Origin: Geosiphon pyriformis uo1
Lineage: Eukaryota > Fungi > Glomeromycota
Direction of reading: 5' to 3'
NCBI GenBank assembly: GCA_016748015.1
Contig: JAAOMT010000097.1
Span: 129,801 to 193,800 of the forward strand
Length of the DNA stretch: 64,000 nt
The position numbers and the translations under genes were made by a program. The notes under the pieces are model-generated. The model worked only from the letters and a program-made list of their open reading frames with translations. It was not told the origin of the DNA and did not search any database. Positions 41,643-56,103 of this stretch are shown here, piece after piece. Positions within the stretch are counted from its first letter, which is position 1. Every line of letters starts with the position of its first letter.

Positions 41643-42272
41643 TCACGAATTATCAGAGGTCACCGTGGGGATTTCTCCACCTTCTGCTGATGCGGCGGCA
41701 TTTTCAGTAATTTCCGCCTCATGAACTAGCGAACTTTCTTTGACAGGTGACGAGTTGTGAGCTTGTGTGGCAATTGGATTTGTATGGGGAATGGTTTCAG
41801 GAGAAGGGTGTTCAGAGCCCACTGGAACCTGGGTTTTTCCCGCTTTTGAAAGAGCATAATCTCCAGAATCAAAATATTTTCGTTCCTTAAAAGAAAAGAA
41901 AGCAGTTACAATCATATAGATTAATAGTGGGAAAGAAAATAAGAAAACGTCGGTTGAAAGGTGAATTTCTCGACTTAAAAGCTAATTAGGTAGATAGCCG
42001 ATTGATCAACTAAATCAAATATCCTCAAAATTACAAGAGTTAAAGATTTTATTCAAGGCTGACAAGTTGACAAATATATACCTTCAAATTTCGATTTATT
42101 ATATCCTTTCCCGCTGGGAGTCGCCCATAAAGATTGAAGAGCTTTTTCTCTTCTTCGGTTAATTTCTAAGGAGAAAAAGCTATTATAAAGCAATCCATTT
42201 CTATTTTTCGAGAAAAAGTTTACTAAAAACACTCACCGCTAAGTCAACCTTATTTTGTTTTGCAGGCACCAT
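41643..42272 (-). CDS. IGO1: Endosulfine/ARPP-19/Igo1 family PP2A inhibitor (3 exons)
   Basis: KVDLAKLTEEEKKLFNLYGRLP, ERKYFDSGDYALSKAG, HPSPETIPH. Confidence 0.93.
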
Positions 42273-44112
42273 AGTAAACTATTGAAAAATAATAGTATTT
42301 AATCTTTGGTTTTTAAACGAAGGATAAACTAGTCAAAGAATGAAGACTGTGGAAAAATAATATCCAGGTAAAAAACCTCTTGGAAAGTGGTTCTTGCTAG
42401 CTATATTCGATACTAAGACCATTTGTGGCCACTTGTGTTCCCACCTTTGCCAATTTTGAGAAATTTCACCCGTCATCTAGAAAGTTTAACAATCTTTGGG
42501 ATATCCAACTTAACTTCTTTTGTTCTTGCAGTCTGCAATGATAATCATTGATTGTTCCAAAGATCACTTAGCTGCAGTGTTCATATTCTCACGTGTTGAT
42601 CTCAGCCTTATTTCCGACTGGGTACGCAATAATTGTAAGCAAAAAAGGTACCATAATTAAAGTTGAACAGTAGTTTATACAAGTATATATAAAGCAATAG
42701 AGGTTACCATTAATTGCCTCAAATTAATGAGTAAGGATAATATAGGATTTGGGTGATTCCAGTCCATTCAGTAGCTATTGCTCTGAAGTAATCACCAAAT
42801 ATTTGGAGGAATATAGATCGGTCTCGTGGAGTTCGTTTACACTACTTCTGTAAACTTGTTCTCCAGTGTTGCTGGTCTTCCTTTTACACTCCGTGGTTTA
42901 ATTTAGAACCTTTATCAGTTTTTGTATTATCTAAGTTGATGTTCTATGAAATGACCTAAGTAGCGAATTATCTGAATTTTTAACAACCGAGTATTCCCAA
43001 ACGGTTTCTTTTGTTACTAGGAAAAAGGAAACACTGAACTTGAACTCCAATTTTCGGCCTTTGTCGATCTGCAATTTTAGAATTGACAATGGGAATTTAT
43101 GTAGTTTTAATTAAATTACAAATTGAATTACAATGAAAGTGAAAGAACTATAAATTATTTTGTGATTGAATGCCATGTTTGAGAACAATTTTATAAATGG
43201 GAGTTTTCTTAAAACTGAACATTATTTTGCATTCCTTTCAAGCTATGGTAGCTACTGAATCGAACTCAATTGGCTTGCATTTAAATGAAAAATATTCAAT
43301 TTAGCAAGAAAATAAAAGTGGAAGTCTTATTTCCAATTCGATTCTTCATATCACCGAGAGATCTTAGCAGACTAACGAAAGATGGTAGTCTTTAATATCG
43401 AGATATTGATACCGAGTTCTTCAACTTAATTATATACATTTACCAAAACCATATCGATCGAGATAAAGTTCCATCTAAAATTTATGAAATTTGCCTTATT
43501 CAAATTGAGTTATCAGTCGTAATAGGATAGCGCATCATAAAAGATATAAAGCTTTGTTTGACAACCCGAAAGGATTAACGATGACGATCTCAACTTGGGC
43601 GGCTACGATTGGTCCGAGAATGATGTGATTTTAGCTTCGTACTCCTTACAAACTCGAAAAAGTTTCTAATATACCTTAGAATAGTCAAAACGACATTTTT
43701 TGGTATTTTCGGGATTTTCTTTCCTGCGAATTCCAGTTGTCTGAGTTTTATTCCCGCTCTGCAAACCCGACTGACTGGGTGTTTCTGTCTTGAGATGCTT
43801 AGGGGTAATTTAAAAGCATCTATCCCAATTGGTTTGGGATGTCAAATAGGTGTCAAAGCGACATGACACATCTTTATCCTAAGTGTCGCCCACTGGCAGA
43901 GCACTTGGAGAAGTTTCCTTCCCCAAATATAGGATAAAGAAAGGGAAATGCGGAATGCTCAGGGTAATTCTCCAGGGCAGAAAATCTTTGGAGTAGTCAT
44001 CTCTTTAAAGAAAACAAAGATCAATAGAGAATTCCTTTCCTTGAGAAAACCATTAACTATAGTTAATTGAAAAATTGTTACTTACACCTCCAAAAGTTTA
44101 TAATGAAAATCG

Positions 44113-46292
44113 TCATTGATCAAACATGCTCTCAAAAAAATCATCCTCAGTCATTGAGGGGCAAAAGCCGGACTGAAAACTTTGTCCCTCATTAGTAAAT
44201 GTCTCAAGACTCGCATCCTTTGGCAAATTATGTGTTCCAAAACGCTCAGAGGCTACCACACCGTGATATAAAGGAGATTGTCTTATTAAAGTTTTGTTGA
44301 ACTGACCATCTTGATGATTAAAAATGGCTTCGAACTCATCAGAATTTGTCCATTGATCCTCATCTTCCTTATCAGGAACCGTTTGACATGACGAAGGTGT
44401 AATATCTTGAACTTCATATATTAAGCCACTGTGCTTATTTGAATCGGCTTTAAATTGTCTTTCATCACCAAAGCCAAGTTTATAATGGGAATCCATCTCG
44501 TCCATCTCTTCCCAGAAATTTTTATCATGCTCTAAATCTGAATCGTTATTTCCTGCGAAACAATTAATATAATCCATGTATTCTAAATCTCCTCTTTTAT
44601 CCGCCATTTCAAAGATTTCTTCATCATGATCTACTGTTGTATTTGAGTCGAATAATTCATTTGTAGAGTCGTCAAAACGTTGAATCCCTGGTATATCTTC
44701 CGGATAAAAAAAGCTGATTGGAGATGGGTTTAAATTCTGGGCAGCCTTCTTAGGATTTTGTGGCGATGCCTTTAAAGATTCGCTGTCGTCAAACTTGCAG
44801 TTCTGAAATTCATCCTCGCTTGAAGACTATAGATGTTTGAAAATTATCTGAATAAGACGATTCTTTCAAAAAAAAATATGAAGTTTAATACCTCTTGAAA
44901 TAATATTGCCGGTATTTTGAGATTTTTGGCAGCAGCATATAAGCCATCAGCAAGAATTATCTTTGTCTGTTGTTGCGAGCTGACCAAATTTTCTTCGTGA
45001 GGTATCGGAAAATTTAAATCAACCCTCTTTCGAATCCGCTGAAAAGCATAGGAATCATCATAAATGCTATGAAAATAAAATATATTGCATTTTTATTTTT
45101 TTCACGTTACCTCTAGATATTGATCTGCCTTATATTGAAAATCTTCATTAACACTTGTACAAATTATCCGCGTCAAAGAATTCGAAATGTTTTGAACGTA
45201 TTGTGTAATAGTTTCAAGCTTCTGCAAATTTGGTAAGAAATAATGAGAAAATTTGACAGTAAAAGACAAAATCATTGCAATGATAAATTTATATTACAGT
45301 TTGATAATCTGGAGAAAAAATTAAAGGATATCTTTCAACCAACAAATTTCGCATAATACTTCGAAAAGCCGTATCAATCGCACATATTTCGAATGAAGCT
45401 GTCTCCTTACTATTCCTCATTAACTCGTGGCGCAGCGATGCTACGTGTGTAAAATTTTGCTTGTCAAGCATAATAGAAAACGCTTTTGGTTGAAGAAATA
45501 CACGAATGCTGCAGAAAAGGATATCTATTGCAACCCAATTGAAAACAAAGGTCAATTTATTTAAGTTCCCGAAAGGTCTTCGATCGGATGAGTATGGTAA
45601 GGAACAATTACCAGACGCGTGTATCCAGTATTCTATGAAATAAATACTGAGTTGTTATTTGACGGCTAGATGTTGAATTTGAGACGAGATTGATAGGGTG
45701 AACAATGTTTCACCTACCTTTATTAAATTGTCGTGATGGTTCAGCAACGGATAACATGGTGGAGAACCCAAATTTCCGCCATATCTTATGAAAATTAAAA
45801 TTTCATCAATCCATTCCTTGATTCTATAATAAATCTTCCAAATATTCAACGTATATTTACCTCTGGTCGGCAAAGTCGTTTTAAAATGATGTGTTCTCTT
45901 TTAGAGCTCAAACTATACAATTTACCGTCAATTCTATTTACAAAGTGATTATATACAAAAAGACTGGCTAAGGAAGATCATATTTCAAAGATCCCGTAGA
46001 CTTTCTTTTAAGCTCTAAAGACGAAAGAGGATATATTAAGACGAAGTTTCCCGTCGTATAGAACAACGTCCATTTTATTCATGTCGTCTTCACTCAGTTC
46101 GCGCATGTTTGGGAGTAACTGCACGTTATACTCGACTTGTTGGAGGCAACTCACTTTCAGTATGTGAAAGCTTGGATTCGAGTTGGTTGCTACCCCAATT
46201 TTCAAGATCTCGGGTGTTAAAGAAATAGAGGACGAGCGTTCAACTATATGGTTTGGAAGCGTTTGAGTAGAGACGCTTCTATTAAGCAACAT
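44113..46292 (-). CDS. Orphan multi-exon protein, candidate TopoVIB-like (TOPOVIBL/MTOPVIB/Rec102) transducer protein with acidic disordered C-terminus
   Basis: Spliced peptides FVNRID, IWRKFGF and ITQYVQNISNSLTRIICTSVNEDFQ resemble TopoVIB-like transducer motifs (from memory). The 3' end is uncertain and could extend below 44113. Confidence 0.5.
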
Positions 46293-46362
46293 GACTACCG
46301 TGTCAAAAGGAAGAATAACGCATCAACATATTTTTAAACAACAGATCACTTCTGCATGATTG

Positions 46363-46386
46363 TGACGTCATAGCGGTGACACAAAA
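46363..46386. promoter_or_regulatory. CRE palindrome (TGACGTCA) and adjacent MSE-like site (TGACACAAAA)
   Basis: Exact motifs at 46363-46370 and 46377-46386, 70-95 bp upstream of the ATG at 46292. Confidence 0.35.
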
Positions 46387-48126
46387 AAATGCGTTCCCGA
46401 GACCTCTGAATTTTTTTCTAATATGAATTGAGACAATTGTTTTTTCTAATTTTATTAGGCACCAACTATGCCAGAGAAAGCATGTCGGAAGTTGGTAATG
46501 ACGAGTGGGTATGTGAAGAACAGCCCGCTTCGGTAGTTCGGTTTGCTTTGTTCAATAAGATGCTTTGCTTTTCTCTTGTTCGCTAGATGATAATTCCAAA
46601 AAAGAAAAGTTTTTGCAACATAATTCAGCAAGAAGCTGTTACCTAAATGCTAGTCTGTCCTGATCCTACCACACTTGAGTTCTTTTAGGAGTATATTGCC
46701 AACACATCGAGTCTACAAATATTGGAACATACTTATGATCAAATATTTCGAAATAAATTAAAGAAAATGAAAAAAAAACAATGAATCTATATAATTGAAT
46801 GAGATTCTTTCTAACTCTCTGCTCCCTTTTGATAAGAAGCAAGGGATGCTTGCCATTAATTGCAAGCTGATTTACAACTCACTAAGAACTGGCACATCTG
46901 AGGCAGCTGATTTATGATTTTAGATGAGTACATTTATTTTTAGGGTTATTAGAATACCGAAATTTTACTGCTGGATCTGAAGGGTATTTAAAAGTCTTAA
47001 GAAGAGTTGAATTTTTACTCCTTTTACTTTGATTCGATCTCGCCAAGAAGGTTAAATAAAAGTTAAAATCTTAAAATTTTAGACGTCATCTGGGATAAAA
47101 TGTTATCCACAATCGGGCGCACCGTCACTTTTCAAAAATTTATTGAAAATAAAATTTTATAATTATAAAAGTTTAGACAATTGCAAAAATAATTAATAAA
47201 AAACAAAATAATTTTAAAACAATTGTACCATTTTTAAATATACATTTAAAATTTGTTTTATTTCAGATTTTAAAATTCACATTATTAACAATTAATTGAA
47301 ATTATTTATTGTAAAAAAAGGTTATTTTGTAATTATATAATTAATAAAAATATTAAAAAACCAATTTTGCAGCAATAAATTTTATATAAAAACTATTTAT
47401 AAAACATTTAACTAAATTTGTAATATTAATGTCTTAAAATTATAAATTTATTATCAAGAACAATAAAAAAAAATTAAATTTTAAATTTTTAAATTTTAAA
47501 CAAATAATTTTAATAAATAATATTATTTATATATAATATATTTATTATTGTGTAAATTTTATTTTTTAAACATAATACTAATAATTAATTTGTAAAAGCT
47601 AAATTATTTATTATAAATTTTTAAATTTATGCAATTTTTTTTATTTTTTTTTATTTGCTTTTATAAAATATGATTCTATTATTATTTATTTGAATTTTTT
47701 GACTTTGACAATATAAATTTATGTTAACTAATTAAAAACTAAATAAATTTTTTTGTTGCTTTTTTGATAAATAATAACAGCAAATACTTATTTACATATT
47801 TTATATATAAATCTTGCTTATTTTATTTTTTAATTTGTTGTATAATTCTTTAACTGTTTTATTCCAATATAACATATTTGTAGTAACAATATTTTATTTA
47901 ATGCATTTATGTTAATAATTTATTTAAATCCCCAAGTGATTTTTTATTTCCACCAAACATTCGGTAAGTTTTTCTAGTAACATATGTACAATTATTTATG
48001 GGTTTAATAGTGAGGATATGGCATAAATTGATTGGCTAAAGTGAAGATCTACAATGTCGGAGATTGAGATCACATGACCTAACACTATTTGTAGGGTGTC
48101 TGCGAGAACTCGTTCGCGTCATAGCC

Positions 48127-50141
48127 ATGTCTTCTAGAACCCAAGAGTCAAAGCTTCAAGACCACTTGCAAGGTGGACCTTGGTGTCTTATCGAGTCAGA
48201 CCCAAGTAAGTTCACCACCTTACTTTTTGGGCTTTACAATAGGTAAAAAAAGTGTCCGAAAAGAAAATAATAGTCATCAATAGTCCTTTAATGCATTTAT
48301 AATTCTCTGTTTACAAAGCGGTATTCAGTTCCTTGGTAAGGGGTCTTGGGGTCAAAGGTGGTGAAGTCATTGATGTCTATTGGGACCTTGATGATAAAGA
48401 ATCTTGGGAACGTGAAGGGTAATTTATTTTGCCAATGAGGTTCACTTTTTTCGGTTTTTTTGGAGGGAACCCAATACTATTATTATTTTTCCTTCTATGG
48501 ATAGAGAGGTATATGGTCTAATTTTTCTCTTTAAGGTTAGTATGGAAATTGATAAGAGCGGGGAGGAATTTGACGATGATGAAGAATTGTTGCAAGTCTA
48601 CTTTGCTAATCAGGTATATTTTCGTGTTTCGATGTTGATTTTGCAATTCCAATCTTTTTTATTCAACTAATAGAATATCTTAATTCTGATAGGTGATTGA
48701 CAACGCCTGTGCCACACAGGCTGTTCTCAATATCGTCTTAAACTGTGATCGTCTTGATATAGGCCCTGAGCTCGAGAATTTTAAGGATTTCACCAGAGAG
48801 TTTAAGCCTCCGGTATACATTTAACCTTGAGTAGTGTTGAGATATCAAGTTTGAAATATTTTCTAACTTTCTTATTGATACAGCTCAAAGGTCTAGCGAT
48901 GACAAACACAGCCAGCTTCCGTAATAATCACAATCGTTTTGTGAGGTATTTGCCCGATCATGTCATCCATCTAAAATTAGATTTTGTCGATCTACATCAA
49001 AAACTCTCTTTTGATGCTCCTAAAAAGGTTTGCAGAAGATTTGCAAATAATAGAACAACAGAAAGCGAAAGAGTTGGAAAACGACGATTATGAAGATGAA
49101 GAACCCGTTTATCATTACATAGGCTATGTACCATTCAAAGGAAACGTCTACGAGCTCGACGGGCTCGCTCGCAATCCGCGCAAGCTTGGTAGCCACCCTT
49201 AATCTACTTTCTTCGATATCATTATTAAAAAGACCCAGACTGATTGATTGTAATTTTCAAGGGGCAATTGAGGGGAACGATTGGATTGAAGTTGCTCGAT
49301 CTTCTGTTAGTGAACGGATGCATAAGTAAATGAGTCTCAAAATTATATAATAATTTCACTTTTCTTTAGAGTTTAACTTGATCCTCACCTTTAATATTTA
49401 CCAGGTTTAATGATTCTGGGATTGCGTACAGCTTGATGGCGATCATTAAAGATCGGGAAATGTTACATGAAGAAAAAGCAAAAGATAAAGAGATTGAAAA
49501 AAAAGCGATTGAAAAGCGACTTCAAGAACTGGATAAGAATTGGTCAAAAAATAATGAGATAAATAAAGTATGTGATTTGATATTGCGATTTTCTTTTAGT
49601 TCAATTGCGTACATTTAAATTGAAAATACGTATTTATAGGGAACAAATGAGGACAATGAAAATGATGCTGGTCAAAGTTATGGGTCAGAAACTAACCGAA
49701 AAATAGAGGTTGTCCAAAAAATTCAAGATATAGAGTTAATAAGCGAAGTGGGTGAACTTTTAGAACGGCATAAAAATCTTATTCAAGAAATCAGACTAGA
49801 GCTTGAACAGGCAGAAAAGGAACGAGAAAACAAGATTAATGCTGAGGTACTGCTCGCTGATCAATCTTTCTCGGTTATCAATGGAGGAATTGAAAAATAC
49901 ATTTACACTCTATAGGCCGACAATGTTCGACGAAAGCACGACTATGTGCCTTTCTTGACAGAGTTTATAAAAATATTAGATGAACGGGGTGAACTCGAAG
50001 ATATTCTTGATGATTTGGCTTCCCAGGTAAAATAAACATGCGAATCTTCAAGATTTTTCGAACTTTAGAATTCGGGAGTATAAAACTAATAATTTCGACG
50101 CTATTTAGCCTATGGAAGCCGAAGAGTATGAGTATGACTAA
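48127..50141 (+). CDS. Ubiquitin C-terminal hydrolase, UCH37/UCHL5-BAP1 family, multi-exon
   Basis: [30 protein letters not shown] (catalytic Cys), [14 protein letters not shown] (His/Asp), C-terminal [11 protein letters not shown]. Confidence 0.92.
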
Positions 50142-50390
50142 TTAATTCTAAGGGAAATGTAAATGTTGGTTCACACTGTAAATATTTAACTTCATCATAG
50201 ATTCTAACGATTATAAGAGTTAAAATTATATTTCATAGTTTTGACTTCACAAGAAACATAACAATTAGAGAAACTTTGAGATTCGCTTTTTACCATGCGT
50301 CGCTTTGTGAGGTCTGAATTTTTCATTAGTCGGAATCTTCAAATTGCGGATAGATTGTAACAGGTCAATGATAGGCCATACTAAGGATTG

Positions 50391-51260
50391 CTATGTAACA
50401 CCTATTATTTCCCGTAGGGTCAAGGCTCTATCAAGCAATGGCCGGAGAAGATCCCCCGAGGCCATCTTCGTCTCTATTACAATCCCACAATTCCGGCAAT
50501 TGTACATTTTGGACCCTATGATTCTTTGGATGTTGCCACATTGACTACAAGTCTAACAATATACCTTTTGTTTTTCATATTTATTGTATTATATATTTTA
50601 TTCTTTTGATTGTAAGATCACATGTGTTCTTGTGTGGATTGGGCCCTTGTTATTTTTTCGATGTGAAAGGCCATAGTACATGTTTATCCTTACAAACAAA
50701 GAATGAAAAATCCTATAAAAATGATATAAAACAATTGTATCGATGTGCATATATATATATATATTCCTGGAGTGTGAAGGCAAGATAAATAGAAGTGATT
50801 CCAAGGTAATTCGGTAAAAATTCTGAGACTGAAAAGAAAGATTCTATGTGGATGCACCTTGTTGTCACTGTGCATTACGTTTAATAACTTTTTTCGCGCA
50901 ACCAATGCTTGATCAATCGCTTCGTCCGTGATGTTGGCAGGAGCTGAGCCTAAGCAACTTCTTAAGAGCATGCCAAGAGAGAGACCATGGCTCTGGAAAA
51001 TTTTCTTTCACCCCAAATAGCTGAAACATCATCAAAAAAAAGACATTTTTGTTGAAACGTCATAGGTTTTAACCATCCTCTTTGCGTGGCCATCTTGTAT
51101 CATAATGATGCGACGCCTTTTGCTCCATGTCACCACAATATTAAATGGAAATCTCCCCAGACCTATCCATTGCTACAATAGCTGCTTCTGAGAGTGGTCG
51201 AGATAAATTTTGACTAGCGTGCGGTTGAGGATGCCTTCCGTCTTCTGGCGTTTGCCACGG
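50391..51260 (-). pseudogene. tnpB: TnpB/Fanzor2 RNA-guided nuclease relic (N-terminal HTH/REC, zinc ribbon and RuvC-III kept; RuvC-I/II missing)
   Basis: LVKIYLDHSQKQLL*QWIGLGRFPFN, APANITDEAIDQALVARK, TCSQCGNIQRIIGSKMYNCRNCGIVI, then a frameshifted DEDG.RGIF..LLD corresponding to the DRDxNGARxI RuvC-III motif. Confidence 0.8.
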
Positions 51261-51289
51261 GCTGCTGTTGCCTTCCCTTGTGCTTTTTT

Positions 51290-51753
51290 GTTCTTGCGTT
51301 CTCTTCAGTAGCAAGAAGCTCTTCCCTGAATGCGGCAATTGAAGACTGTGTTGACGGCAAGAATATCTTGAAGAATTGTGCCCTTCAAAGGTTGCATCAC
51401 CGAAGAGGACTACAAGTTTTGCGGAATGGAGGGGGAAAATATATTGGAAAAGGTCAAAGGTAAAGTGGGAGAGTCAAGCACAGTGGGTAATGGCAACCTC
51501 CAAGACAGCACCATGGTTTGATCGTTCCCAGTAGGGTTTTAAACCCTTAGCGCTTGAAGTTGACGCCAGAACCGATATTCCTGATGAACTCACTTGTGGC
51601 GAAAAGTTGTTCTTGTCGCTTAAGAACCTCTTTTTGCTTTGCACTAGAGACATGAACAGAGGTAGCATTTTGAGAAGTCAGCTCCCGATTTTGATTATTG
51701 ATAACATAGTAGGCAAATCTTTTTATGATGTCATCAGATCCCGAGGAGATCAA
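51290..51753 (-). pseudogene. tnpA: IS607-family TnpA serine recombinase relic
   Basis: HVSSAKQKEVLKRQ..EFIRNIGSGVNFKR*GFKTLL / ERSNHGAVLEVAITHCA*LSHFTFDLFQYIF..KLVVL / QDILAVNTVFNCRIQGR. These match the RVSSxxQ, DxGSGLNFKRKGL, DRLxRFxF and DLLxIxxVFxxRxxG motifs. Confidence 0.85.
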
Positions 51754-51831
51754 TAGATGATGCTCTTTAAGATTTGAGATCTATCTCATGAATAGCTCTT
51801 CTTTTCACCAACTAATCAAAAGATTACAATC

Positions 51832-54981
<3,150 letters not shown>

Positions 54982-55264
54982 ATATGATTTTATATGGATT
55001 ATTAAATGCTCGATTTGAAAATTTGGACAATTTTGGAAACAGGGTATTGGAGCGGTAATTTATTCGTATTTATCGTGTCTTTTTAAGGAACTTACAAGAA
55101 AATTAATAAAATTAGCAACTTACAAATCAACATGAATTATTCCATTATTTTATATATTTATTTTTTCTTAATTACTCTGCCAAAATTCATCTAAACTGTC
55201 TTCCCGTTCAAGACGCCCCAATAACTGGTCAGGAGGTACAATCACTATTCAAAACATATTGTCT

Positions 55265-55757
55265 TTAATCATTATCAATAGAGACTCCCTTAGCACGTAA
55301 TTCCGTTTTTGCCTCTTGTATTTGCTAGATTGGCAAGAGAAAATACTTGATTTTAAAATCATAAACAATATTGGAACTGTCACCTTTTAAATTGTTTGTG
55401 AGGCAGAATTTTTATACCTCCATCAGTTCAAAATAGGCATCATCACAATCACGAAACTTGAAGATATGGTATCCAATATTTCCTAAGGAATATGCACCAA
55501 AAGAAACCAGAGACCACCATGGCAGCTTTTACCAAATCAGATAAACCGAGTTTTATTTGAGTTTATTATTTTGGAGAACCAAAATTTGTCGTCTTTTAGG
55601 CAACATCTAGAAAGGAACTCGTGGAGAAAAAAATACATACCACTGGTAATATCTTTTCTTGAAATATAGCAGGCGTTGGAACGAATTTGAACAGGAGAAG
55701 AAAGTATATGACTGATGTGATACTAAGGAAAGTTGCGGTTTCTATGGCTCGTGTCAT
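55265..55757 (-). CDS. DPM3: Dolichol-phosphate mannose synthase subunit 3 (3 exons)
   Basis: MTRA..ILPVLPWWSLVSFGAYSLGNIGY..FRDCDDAYFELMRQIQEAKTELRAKGV. Confidence 0.93.
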
Positions 55758-56103
55758 TCTACGTTATATTTTTTATTTTGAAAAGAAACAAGTATGCTTT
55801 GATGTTTAACCGTTTTTATAACAATGGAAGTTCCCGATGTGTAGTTTATTCCGCAGTTTTCATGAATTTAAAGTTTTCTTAAAGCAATTATAACTACCAT
55901 TTTGAGTCCTATGGATGTAACCTAATCTCTTATTAAGAATACTCTTTAAGGTTTGAATCGATAATCTGCCGGGGCCATTTATTTTAATAGTGTTAGCATT
56001 GAACAAGTTAGTGTCTAATAAAAATGTAAATACCAACCTTTTAATTGTAATTTAGATAGAATCACAAAAAATCGAAAATATCGTCAAACTAAAGAAGTCA
56101 GTT

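Larger units (their letters stand above)
50345..51790 (-). mobile_element. Decayed IS607-like element: serine recombinase TnpA plus TnpB/Fanzor2, internally deleted
   Basis: TnpA, TnpB N-terminal and TnpB C-terminal motifs occur in the canonical order on the minus strand. The ends are approximate. Confidence 0.85.

Noticed and set aside
45320-45530. Two ATATCCTTT motifs on the minus strand as extra AT-AC donors
   Set aside because: Both lie inside one continuous open exon that needs no splicing.
46470-46920. Possible small plus-strand gene (MSEVGNDEW/MIIPKKK...)
   Set aside because: It stops after about 28 codons and later frames are closed, so a CDS cannot be supported.
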